Shown here: positions 36,929 through 48,534 of the stretch, in pieces
Numbering within the stretch: position 1 is the stretch's first letter
Layout of the letters: the number at the start of each line of letters is the position of its first letter
From: Octopus sinensis
Lineage: Eukaryota
Direction: 5' to 3'
Length of the DNA: 64,000 bases
NCBI RefSeq assembly: GCF_006345805.1
Contig: NW_021834901.1
Span: 4,902-68,901 of the forward strand
Notes under the pieces: generated by a model
Database searches by the model: none
Seen by the model: the letters and a program-made list of their open reading frames with translations, nothing else
What the model was told of the DNA's origin: nothing
Translations under genes and position numbers: made by a program

Positions 36929-37337
36929 ATTGATCAAAATAAAATAAAAACATGATGCGAAGGATTCAGCGGTACATATGTTTCGGGCCTTTATTAGACA
37001 GATTTATAACAATGCATAATGTATGTCTGTGGCCTTCTTCAGCCGCGCACAACAGCTTCCACAAGGAACATGTGTTACTCAAAATTCTTGGTTTGGGATG
37101 AATCCCTCATTCACGTACGACAAATGCGGCAGCAGCATAGAGTTGAAGCCGTCCATCTCTTTCTTCTCTCAATGTAGAATGAGGAAATTGGATGTTGAGG
37201 TACTGTAAATATAATCAATACGCGGCTGAAGAGGCCACAGACATACATTATGCATTGTTTTATAAATCTGTCTAATAAGGCCCAAACATATGTAAACGGA
37301 ATCCTTCGCATCATGTTTTTATTTTATTTTGATCAAT
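36929..37337. mobile_element. Inverted-repeat element (~120-bp arms, ~175-bp spacer) whose arms are hammerhead-bearing, Penelope-like
   Basis: Both ends carry TTGATCAA (36930-36937 and 37329-37336); the arms are reverse complements and contain CTGAAGA...GAAA. Confidence 0.8.
36969..37046 (-). ncRNA. Type I hammerhead ribozyme motif, family 2
   Basis: GCGG-CUGAAGA-a-GGCC...GGCC-c-GAAA-CAUAUG-UA-CCGC: 4-bp stem I, palindromic ACAUAUGU stem III, GUA triplet. Confidence 0.75.
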
Positions 37338-37384
<47 letters not shown>

Positions 37385-37802
37385 TTATATACAGGCACAC
37401 AGATACATGAATAATTATTTGTATATATTCCAAAATGTGAATGCACACAGACAATGCATAAACGGATACACACAGACAATATATTATATATATATATAAT
37501 ATATAATATATATATTTGTATGTATGTATATATATATACATATATAATGTGTGGGTCCATACTATTTGTCCATATATATACCTACCTATACATCTATACA
37601 TACAAATGCAGACATGTAATAGTGCGCGTGGTGCGTGTTAGGCCTTGACAATAATGATGATGACGATTATGATGATTGGACGTTGACGATAGCTGCTTAC
37701 AGGTTATAAAACTGTCCTGACCTGATTTTTGACTAAGAGGCCTGCAGTCGTTAATGTTAAGTCAAAGTGTGACTCAGTTTCAACATTCTTAACACACACA
37801 CA

Positions 37803-37847
<45 letters not shown>

Positions 37848-37909
37848 ACGCGATAAACACGCAGGTGACTCAGACCAACAATTACTGCTATATCCTGCCC
37901 TCCCGTGGG

Positions 37910-38320
37910 CAAGCTAGTAGAAACTTAGTGCCCGCGCGAAATGCTTAGCCGTATTTCGTTCGTCGCTAAGAACTGAGTTTCAAATTCCACCGAGGTCAAC
38001 TTTGCCTTCATCATTTCGGGGTCGATAAATTAGTACCAGTGACGCACTGGTGGTCGATAATCGACGTAATCCGTTTGTCTGTCCTTGTTTGTCCCCTCTA
38101 TGTTTATTCCCTTGTGGCTAATAAGAAACAGATATTTCGCCGTCGATACGTAATGAGTTCAAATTCAGCCGAGGTCGACTTTGCCTTTCATCCTTTCGGG
38201 ACGATAAATTAAGTACCAGTCCAAAGCTGAAGGTCGATGATTCGACTTGTTTCCCCGCCCAAATTTTCATTCACGCCTTGTGCCTATTGTAGAACTATAC
38301 ATACTCTGTTCAGCCCTTTC
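37910..38320 (+). mobile_element. Two tandem SINE family C copies
   Basis: Two GAGTT(T)CAAATTC...GAGGTC(A/G)ACTTTGCC...GATAAATT...TACCAGT blocks. Confidence 0.8.
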
Positions 38321-38585
38321 GAATTGTGCCAATGCTACATTCACTTTTAACTTTTTAGGTGTCGATAAAATAAGAAACAGGTTCATATCGGGGTCGAAGT
38401 AATAAACTAGCAAACTCCACAACAACAATTTGGGACTTGTATATATGGCTTTTTTTCACTTTCTCTATTCCTCACTCCTCTTTACATATATATATATGTG
38501 TGGTGTGTGTGGTGTATGTATGTAGGTATGTATGTATTTATGTATGTATGTATGCATGTATAAATATATATATATTATATATATA

Positions 38586-38622
<37 letters not shown>

Positions 38623-38630
<8 letters not shown>

Positions 38631-39299
38631 ATTTTACATTACTCGGTAGTCAAGATAAACTCTGAGTTTCAGATGCCGAAGTGGAAATCCACAACACATC
38701 ACTCGTTCGGTTATCTGGCTATTGAAAACGTTATGAAAAAATACCGTTAAAAATGAAGGGAAATTACTCTGTTATAACTCTGCTTTGCCTGCGTACTTAT
38801 ACATCGCTCGCATTTTTCGGTCATAAAAATATATAAAAAATACATAAACATATATAAAATATATAAAAATATATAAAGGTGCGGTTTATGCGACATGGGA
38901 GATGGCTTATCTGGAAAAGCAGCTTAGACCCTACCACATTCTAAATACAGCCAGAGCTTTTCGGATCATCCCACATGTGACTAAATTCTGTTACGTTTTT
39001 TGGTCCCCTAAAGAAAACGGATAGACATATCTTTCTTGTTATGTCCCAAAGATAGATTTATATATTTTTATATTATTTTATGTATTTTTATATAATTTTT
39101 ATGACGAAAAATGCAGTGATGTTAGTACGCAGCAAAGCAGAGTTATAACAGAGTAATTTCCCTTCATTTTTAACGGTATTTTTTCATAACGTTTTCAAAT
39201 AGCCAGATAACCGAAGAGATGGTGTTGTGGATTTTCCACTTCGGCATCTGAAACTCAGAGTTTTATCTTGACTACCGAGTAATGTAATAATATTGTATA
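38623..39299. mobile_element. Non-autonomous long-TIR element (~240-bp arms), TA-flanked
   Basis: TATACAATATTTTACATTACTCGGTAG... mirrored by ...CTACCGAGTAATGTAATAATATTGTATA; no ORF. Confidence 0.85.
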
Positions 39300-39615
39300 G
39301 ATAATTTCCTCTTTTTACATAATATTGAGGTCTCTTTCTTTCTTTTGTATCTTACCGTTTATCCTATATATATATATATATAATATATATATAGATAGTT
39401 AATCAATTTAGGGTAGTAAAAATTTCGATAAAAATTTATCACTACCAGCGGCCCAGTGGAAAAGAAAATAGTCATGAGACTAAATGTAAATATATAACAA
39501 TTTAGGAATGGCCTTAACAGGCCATTCGTCCACTAGACAGAGCAGCCATAACTCCAACCGCCAAGTAATGTAATTCAGAAAAAGGTGAAAAATTAAAAAC
39601 GTTTACCCTAATTCA

Positions 39616-39714
39616 TCTTTAGAGACGATCATCGTTTCTGCGTTTTTAATGATAGACCAGCTTAATTAAATTAATTAAGCTAATCTACCATAGGTCACGC
39701 TTCGTCAGTAAGAA
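39616..39714 (-). ncRNA. Type I hammerhead motif, family 1, damaged copy
   Basis: CUGACGA (39702-39708) and GAAA (39635-39638) are intact; stem III lacks one base and stem I is mispaired. Confidence 0.55.
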
Positions 39715-40163
39715 ACCTTTGGTAGAGGCAAATATACACGAGGCTACTTGCATCGAAGCCTGGAATACTGTCCGTAAAATTTTCGAAGACCAGCGCAATC
39801 TTCGCCAACCTTATCAGCAAGCAATATAAACTGCCGATTCAAACTCAAATTAGTCAGAAAATAATCAATTAATCAATTAGAGTAGTAAAAATTCGATAAA
39901 AATTTATCACTACCAGCGGCCCAGTGGAAAGAAAAATAGTCATGAGACTAAAATGTAAATATATAAAAATTTAGAATGGCCTTAACAGTTCATTCGTCCC
40001 ACTGGACAAGAGCACCATAACTCCAACCGCCAAGTAATGTAATTCGGAAAAGGGGAAAAATTAAAACGTTTACCCTAATTCATCTTTTAGACGATGCATC
40101 GTTTCTGCGTTTTTAATGATAGACCACTTAATTAAATTAAATAAGCTAATTAAGCCAAAGGTT

Positions 40164-40262
40164 TCTTTACTGACGAAGCGTGACCTATGGTAGATTAGCT
40201 TATTTAATTTAATTAAGCTGGTCTATCATTAAAAACGCAGAAACGATGCATCGTCTAAAAGA
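40164..40262 (+). ncRNA. Type I hammerhead ribozyme motif, family 1
   Basis: UCUUUA-CUGACGA(40170-40176)-a-GCGU...ACGC-a-GAAA(40240-40243); palindrome ACGAUGCAUCGU at 40243-40254; GUC at 40253-40255; UAAAAGA closes stem I. Confidence 0.8.
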
Positions 40263-40405
40263 TGAATTAGGTAAACGTTTTAATTTTTCACCTATTTCCG
40301 AATTACCTTACTTTGGCGGTTGGAGTTATGGCTGCTCTGTCTAGTGGACGAATGGCCTTACAGGCCCTTCCTAAATGGTTATATATATAATATATATATA
40401 TTAGA

Positions 40406-40454
<49 letters not shown>

Positions 40455-40464
40455 ATAATATATA

Positions 40465-40513
<49 letters not shown>

Positions 40514-41009
40514 CATATATATATATACATATATATAACTTATATATAAGGGCTTATAAAAAAATAAATAACTACTTTGCCACATACTGAACTCATTAGA
40601 AATAGCAGCTAAAGAAATTTCTTCAGCTATTTCTAATACTTAAAGAAGATCTCTCTCAGATAGTGTTTGCCTAAACCACTCACAAAGGTATGGGGGAAAA
40701 AACATTAAAAAATCAAGTGCAAAGGTTATTTGAGAACGTACGTTTCTAGATTTAGTCAATTCGACTTTCTTTCGTCAGCTCAGAATCCTTGAATCGATTT
40801 GGGACACTGAAAGTTGGAGCATACCCTTTCGGCTTCTTATCACCTCTAGAATTCTGCTCGAACTAAAGTGCTATCAAATCCGAATATGCAAGCGAAGAAT
40901 TTCTGCTCTCCCCTTTCCACCAGCGTGGGTTAAATTGACAAACACCATGTATTAACGGTGAAAACCGCCAGCATTTAACATATATATATATATATAATTG
41001 CATATATAT

Positions 41010-41060
<51 letters not shown>

Positions 41061-41156
41061 TAGATATACTTATATACATATATATATATATATAGATATA
41101 TACATATTATATATATATATATATATATAATATAGATATACTTATATACATATATA

Positions 41157-41187
<31 letters not shown>

Positions 41188-41218
41188 CATATTATATTAT
41201 TATAAATATAGATATACT

Positions 41219-41268
<50 letters not shown>

Positions 41269-41404
41269 AGATAATATACATATATAATATATATATATAT
41301 CTATATATATATATATATACATATATATAGATCATATTTATTTATATAATTATATATATATATATATAATATATATATATATATATCTATATATATCCTA
41401 CGCA

Positions 41405-41770
41405 CTATTGGATGTGTGGTAAGTAGCTATCTAACCAATCACATGCTTTTGGGTTCAGCATGGCAGAGCAGGGAATGTTTCTACTATATCCTCGGCCCGA
41501 ATAAAGCTTTTTGAGCGGATTTGGTAGATGGAACTGAAAGAAGCCTTCGATATTTATGTAGTTATATGATTGTGTGGTCTGTGCTTGTGCCCCCACTATC
41601 GCTTGACAACCGATGTTGGTGTGTTTCTGTCTCCAAAATATAGCGGTCCGGCAAAAGATAGAAGATAGAATAAGTAATAGGCTTAAAAAAATTAGTCCTG
41701 GGGTCGATTTGTTCGACTGTAGGCGGACTCCAGTATGGTCGCAGTTACATGACAGAAACGAATAAAAGAA
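41405..41770 (+). mobile_element. SINE family A, diverged
   Basis: GATGTGTGGTAAGTAGC...GGGTTCAG head through ...GAAATAAAAGAAA tail. Confidence 0.7.
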
Positions 41771-41992
41771 ATATACATATATATAAATATATGTGTGTGT
41801 GTCTGTATATGTGTGTATAATAAGTATGTATATATACATACATGAATATATATATGAAATATATTTGTGTATGTATGCATGCATATATATGTGTATGTAT
41901 GCATATATATATATATGTATGTATGTATACATATATATATATATATATATTTATATACGTGTGTGCGTATGTATGTAATTTATGTGTATGTT

Positions 41993-42028
<36 letters not shown>

Positions 42029-42559
42029 GTGTGTGTATATGTAATGTATGTATATATATGTATATATATATGTATGTATAATTAGCTTGCAAACCAACCA
42101 TATGGTTCTAGGTTCAGTCCCACAACATGACAATTTCGACAAGTGTCTTTTGCTATAGCATCGTTTCCGACCAAAGCCTTGTGAGTGGATTTGTTAGACG
42201 GAAACCGAAAGATATATATTTAATATCTATATCTCTCTATAGATTTAAAATTTTTATTCTTTTGTCTTTAATCTTCTGTCATCTGATTTATTCTTTTATG
42301 TTCTGTGAATACTCTGTCTGGAACTTCCTGCATACACGTTGTCACTGACGACGGAATACCCTGAGGTCTGGAGATGCTGACCCATCACCTGTGTTATCCA
42401 GAAACTGAGATATTAACTACTTCTACTTCTCCATTTTTCATTCCACTCTAATTAAATATTCTAAATGACCCGAGATACTCGCCCTGTTTTGGTTTTCATT
42501 TATTTTCCTTTAATATGTATGTATGTATCTCTCTTTCTATATATATATATATATATATG

Positions 42560-42635
<76 letters not shown>

Positions 42636-42683
42636 TATATAAATTTATATGTCTGTATGTATATATGTATACATATATATATA

Positions 42684-42745
<62 letters not shown>

Positions 42746-42759
42746 CGTGATCACCGTGA

Positions 42760-43035
42760 CCGACCATCAGATGTTGCTACACATCGCTGGTCACAATGCA
42801 TTTGTATTGTTTTAGCCTTCGAACGACGCCACCCCGCTGGCTCAGCGAGCAGGCCAACAGAAGAAAGAGTGAGAGAAAGAGTGGTGAAAGGGTACAGCAG
42901 GAATCACCACCGCCCCATGTCGGAGCCTCGTGGAGCTTTTAGGTGTGTTCGCTCAATAAACACACACAACACCCGATCTGGGAATCGAAGCCGCGTTCCT
43001 CCGACCGCGAGTCCGCTGCCCTAACCACTGCGCCT
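42760..43035 (-). mobile_element. SINE family B
   Basis: Reverse complement of the 36540/44905 family, including head and 3' part. Confidence 0.8.
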
Positions 43036-43044
43036 CCACACACG

Positions 43045-43075
<31 letters not shown>

Positions 43076-43076
43076 G

Positions 43077-43125
<49 letters not shown>

Positions 43126-43419
43126 TATATATACATATATATACACATAAGTGTGTGTGTGTGTGCCATAAGCTGTTTTCACTGTCCGTCTTGTTTATAG
43201 CAGAGAACGTTTGCTCTAGGTGCCATGCAGTGGAATTGAACCCGAAATCCTGTTGTTCAGAAACGAACTGCTGACCACACAGCCACGCCTATACCTGTAA
43301 CGCTTGTCTACGTGTCTGTGTGTGTGTCCATACATATATCACTATATACACGTTTCTAATTATATGTGTGTAAGTATGCATGTGTGTGCCTGTGTATATA
43401 CAGATAATTCGATTGAATG

Positions 43420-43690
43420 TTAAGGTGTCGGACGATGTCAGGCAGAGAGATTATGACGTCACAAGAACAAAATAGATTTAAAGAGAGAGCTTGTCATTCT
43501 CTTCTCTTCTCTCACTCTCTCCCCAAACCTTTCTTCTCTCATAATAATTACATCGAAAAATACCTTAGGTTCGAAATTTCTCCACGACACCTGATGAAAG
43601 CTGGAGGGTATATCAACCGAAGCGTTGTGTTTACAACAAACAAGATGAGGACGAATATCCGTCAAATGTAAATAATGTAAATAAGAAGTT
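43420..43690 (+). mobile_element. Penelope-like terminal fragment with degenerate hammerhead motif (family 3)
   Basis: GACAC-CTGATGA-AAGCTG...CAACC-GAAG-CGTT-GTGTT at 43586-43631; shares the AAGATGAGGAC...AAATAATGTA tail with 35780-35890. Confidence 0.55.
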
Positions 43691-44003
43691 TTATCGTTTC
43701 AAATTTTTTAATTCTTTGCTTGTTTCAGCGTATTTTTGACCACCAAAATGACCAAGATTGTATTTTTAGCTGCATTACTAAAGGCATTATGTGACTTCGG
43801 ACTGTTCATTGCTTATACTGTCAATATAGTCGAGTGAAATACTTGACGTGGATTTAATGGAAATATTGACCGGTCATAATCAAGGATATTCTGTTCGATA
43901 ACAACTTCAAACGGTGCTATACATACATACATACATATATATATATACATATATGTATGTATGTATGTATGTGTGTATGTGTCTGTGTGTGTATGTATGT
44001 GTG

Positions 44004-44034
<31 letters not shown>

Positions 44035-44037
44035 GTA

Positions 44038-44069
<32 letters not shown>

Positions 44070-44077
44070 ATATTTGT

Positions 44078-44133
<56 letters not shown>

Positions 44134-44357
44134 GTGTGTGTGTGTGTGTTGTACTCTACTATTAAAGCAGCAGAGAATTCAACAAAACCTGTTACTCTGA
44201 GTTTCCCGTTGCCGTTCATCGGCCAGTTTTTGCTAGAATGGAACCGAAATGTCAATTCTATCCAGCCTATTTTCTGCTGCTTTAAATAAAGCATACTACT
44301 CTACCACTGTATTTGAGTACTCTTTTTCCACTTGTTTCACATTTATGTGTTTACTCC

Positions 44358-44399
<42 letters not shown>

Positions 44400-44797
44400 A
44401 TATAATATATATATATATTATATACATTCATACATATATATGTATATATATATATACATTCATATATATATATGTGTATATAATATATATATATATATAT
44501 ATATTATATATAATATATGTATACATATATTATGTTTATATATATATATATAAATATATACTCTTTACTTGTTTCAGTCATTTGACTGCGGCCATGCTGG
44601 AGCACCGCCTTTAATCGAGCAACTCGACCCCGGGACTTTATTCTTTTGTAAGCCAGTACTTATTCTATCGGTCTCCTTTGCCGAACCGCTATGTGACGGT
44701 GACGTAAACACACCAGAATCGGTTGTCAAGCAATTCTAGGAGGACAAACACAGAACTGACACAAACAATATACACACCACACATGCATATATATATA

Positions 44798-44842
<45 letters not shown>

Positions 44843-44904
44843 ATTATATATATATTTACATATATACGACAGGCGTCTTTCAGTATATATATATATATAC
44901 TGGG

Positions 44905-45190
44905 CAATGGCCCAGTGGTTAGGGCAACGGACTCGTAGTTGTAGAATCGCCGTTTCGATTCCCAGGCCAGGCTGTGTGAGTGTTTCTCGAGCGAAAACAC
45001 CTAAAAGTTCCACAAGGGTCCGGCAGGGGTCGGGGTGGCGATCCCCGCTGTAATCTTTCGTCACAACTTCATCTCAGTCTTTCTTCTGTTAGCGGCGGGG
45101 TGGCGTCATTTGAAGGCTAAACCAATATGAATCGCATTGTGACCAGCGAGGTGTAGCAACATCTGACAGTCTGATTGGTCACGGTGACGT
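44905..45190 (+). mobile_element. SINE family B
   Basis: TGGCCCAGTGGTTAGGGC...GTTTCGATTCCC head plus body matching 42760-43035. Confidence 0.8.
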
Positions 45191-45282
45191 TGTTATATAT
45201 ATATATACACACACATACATACATACATATATATACACATAGAGGCACACACACACACACACACATACATACACACACACAC

Positions 45283-45313
<31 letters not shown>

Positions 45314-45885
45314 TGTATGTATGTATGTATGTATGTATGCATGTATGTATGTTATGCATGTATGTATGTATGTATGTATGTATGTATGTATGTATGTGTG
45401 CATATCTTTTGTTTTTCCTGAGTCAGTTATTAAACTGCAATCATGCTGGAGCAACAATTTGTAAAGATTTAACCCAAAATAAATTACTCCGGCAATTTTT
45501 CTTTAGCCTACGTCTTATTCTATCGGATGTCTTTTGCCGAACCGCTACATAATGGAGACAAACACAGATACAAAGAGAGAAAGAGAGACAAAGAGTGAGA
45601 GAATGAGGCAAATAAACATGTGAAACTTCTTGGGATTGATATATAAAATAAATATCAATGGATAGATGTTAGCAGAGAGGAAGCAAAGATTGAGGATGTT
45701 CCACTCTCTGCTTTGTCTTTATCTCCGTGTATCCATGGATTTCTGTTGCAGCCACTCTTCATGTCGGGGACTTGGTCGTCGGTAAAGCTTTCCGAGTCGA
45801 AGTTGAATCTGTTTGGTAGCTGCTAAGTGTTTTCTACATTGAGAATCTCTTGAGATCTGTTCAATCTCTCTTTCTCGCTCTCTCT

Positions 45886-45936
<51 letters not shown>

Positions 45937-46036
45937 CTCTTTCTCTCTCTCTGACGTCTGTATATATATATGTATATGTTTGAGTGTGTGTGTATGTTTT
46001 TATATATGTATGTATATATCTATGCATATGTTTATA

Positions 46037-46078
<42 letters not shown>

Positions 46079-46081
46079 ATC

Positions 46082-46113
<32 letters not shown>

Positions 46114-46134
46114 CATTTCTTTCTTTCTCTTCTT

Positions 46135-46880
46135 ATTCTCTTACTTGTTTCAGTCGTTTGACTGCGACCATGCTGGAGCACCGCCTTTAGTCGAGCAAAT
46201 CGACCCCGGGGCTTATTCTTTGTAAGCCTAGTACTTATTCTATCAGTCTCTTTTGCCGAACCGCTAAGTGACGGGGACGTAAACACACCAGCATAGGTTG
46301 TCAAGCAATGCTAGAGGGACAAACACAGGCATATAAACATATACACATATGCATTACATATATACGACAGGCTTCTTTCAGTTTCTGTCTACCAAATCCA
46401 CTCACAAGGCATTGGTTGGCCTGAGGCTTAAGCAGAACACTTGCCCAAGGTGCCACGCAGTGGGACTGAACCCGGAACCATGTGGTTGGTAAGCAAGCTA
46501 CTTACCACACAGCCACCCCTAGTCTATATACATATATACGACAGGCTTCTTTCAGTTTCCGTCTACCAAATCCACTCACAAGGCATTGGTTGGCCTGAGG
46601 CTATAGCAGAAGACACTTGCCCAAGATGCCACGCAGTGGGACTGAACCCAGAACCATGTGGTTTGTTAGCAAGCTACTTACCACACAGCCACCCCTAAGT
46701 CTATATACATATATACGACAGGCTTCTTTCAGTTTCCGTCTACCAAATCCACTCACAAGGCATTGGTTGGCCTGAGGCTATAGCAGAAGACACTTGCCCA
46801 AGATGCCACGCAGTGGGACTGAACCCAGAACCATGTGGTTGGTTAGCAAGCTACTTACCACACAGCCACTCTTACGTCTA
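46135..46880 (-). mobile_element. SINE family A with tandemly triplicated ~175-bp head
   Basis: CGACAGGCTTCTTTCAG at 46365, 46539 and 46716. Confidence 0.9.
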
Positions 46881-47654
46881 TGTATATATATATGCACACA
46901 CATACATACACAGCTGCTCTACTGGTTGTCATCACCCTTAAGATGAAACTTTAAGTTAACAGTTCAAGGGCAATAACTCTTGTAGAATAAGAAGTATTAC
47001 CTCCCTTAATGTAGTTAATTAAATTCTCTCGTTTGGGTCAAATTTTTCTTTCCGTCCTTCATTGACAATAAAACGAAGTGGTAAAGGTCGCTTCTTGCGT
47101 GTGTATGTTCGAGTGTAACTCAAACCGTTGATTCACTTCCCCTTCTCTGACGCAGATAACCGTCTCTTTCGTGGGCCACAATATAAACATCCCGCCAATT
47201 TTGGCGAGTGTGTCCGTGTTTCAGTGGAATTGCTCAAACGGTGATTCGAAATCGATCCGCTTACCGTCGCCGTCCGATCATGCGAAAAAAAAATCAATCA
47301 GTTAGGCGGCCATCCGTTCAATCGAGCAAGAGAAAGACGAGAAAGAAAGAGAGTGAGAGAGAAATACAGAGATAGAATGGGAGTGGGAGACAAATAGAGA
47401 GTGGGAGAATGAGAGAAGGGGAGAGAGGGAGGCAGATAGGGGTAGAGAGAGAAAGAGGAGAAAGAAAGAGAGAAAGAGTGGGAGTGAGAGGGAGAGAGAG
47501 AGAAACAGGCAGGAAGAGAGAGACGGGTGACACAACGGTGCCAGAGACACACAGACAGACAGATATATACAGTGAGAGAGAGAAAATAGAGTGACAGAGA
47601 CAGGTAGGAGAGAGAGAGAGTCTTTTTTCATCGTATGAGAATAGCAAGTCAGAG

Positions 47655-47881
47655 GCAGGTATTAGTTCTTCCGTCGTTGTCGACGATGACCAAATACATT
47701 ACATGGGAGAAGGAGATGGGTAACGGTGTGTCCGGCAGTGGTCGTCCAGTCCGATACGTGCTGGGAAGTCTTTGCCACAGGTCGGGCAATGGTTGTCTGC
47801 TGGGTCTGAAGGCAAGAAGCCGACTCTGGACCCGCATAATTGAAGCTTTCGTTGCCCTTGTAATCCTTTTCTAGGTTGCAA
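47655..47881 (-). mobile_element. 3' end of an RTE-clade LINE
   Basis: CPTCGKDFPARIGLDDHCRTH terminal C2H2 motif typical of RTE ORFs, followed by a short UTR. Confidence 0.7.
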
Positions 47882-48296
47882 GGTATATCTGGGTCAATTA
47901 GTACCTCTGTCAAGGGCATATGCAGTGACCTGTGAGTCATCAATTCTGTCTGCATGCAACAGTATCCACACCCAGGCTCACGGCTTCCACAGGCTGGCTA
48001 AACCTTGGTAAGGGTAGCAAACGGCCTTTAACCATTGGTGGACTAGGGCTTGTCTACCTAAGGATGTGAACCAGTTGAGTGTGCTGAGGAAACCACTAGA
48101 CAGGCTCAACGGACCAGCAAACTTTGTGGAGGGTGAACTGCAACCTGTCTGTAGTTTTCTTGACTTCATCCTTCCACTGGAATTACATAGGAAGGGACGA
48201 GAGAGTAAGCCAGATTCTGTTGTGCAACCTTCCCTCACTTTAATCCATGTCCCGCTCACTTCAACATATCACACCATCCCAGGGTCAGGTAAAATA

Positions 48297-48534
48297 TTGG
48301 GCTGGTGCATAATTATTGCGGCTTATTTCAAGAAATATTATTCAACAAAAGCAATAAAAATATTTATCAAAAACATCTTTACATGATCGTCTATCAAGCG
48401 AATGGGAAGCAGTTATTGAAGTAGATGGTGAATATGCTCCGGAATAATCATTTAAAGATGTTTTTGTTACATGTTATTGTTTTTGTTGAATAAAATTTAT
48501 TGAAAAAAGCCGCAATAATTATGCACCAATCCAA
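48297..48534. mobile_element. mariner-derived MITE with TA duplication
   Basis: TA-TTGGGCTGGTGCATAATTATTGCGGC ... GCCGCAATAATTATGCACCAATCCAA-TA; the interior encodes LHDRLSSEWEAVIEVDGEYAPE*, a mariner transposase C-terminus. Confidence 0.85.

Larger units (their letters stand above)
39399..40385. mobile_element. Penelope-like/retrozyme-like repeat: ~470-bp unit, partial direct copy, then inverted copy
   Basis: TTAATCAATT restarts at 39399 and 39869; 40155-40385 is the reverse complement of ~39490-39722; the units contain hammerhead motifs. Confidence 0.8.

Noticed and set aside
40390-45400. Numerous YI/CV-repeat ORFs
   Set aside because: Translations of (TA)n, (TG)n and (TATG)n microsatellites.
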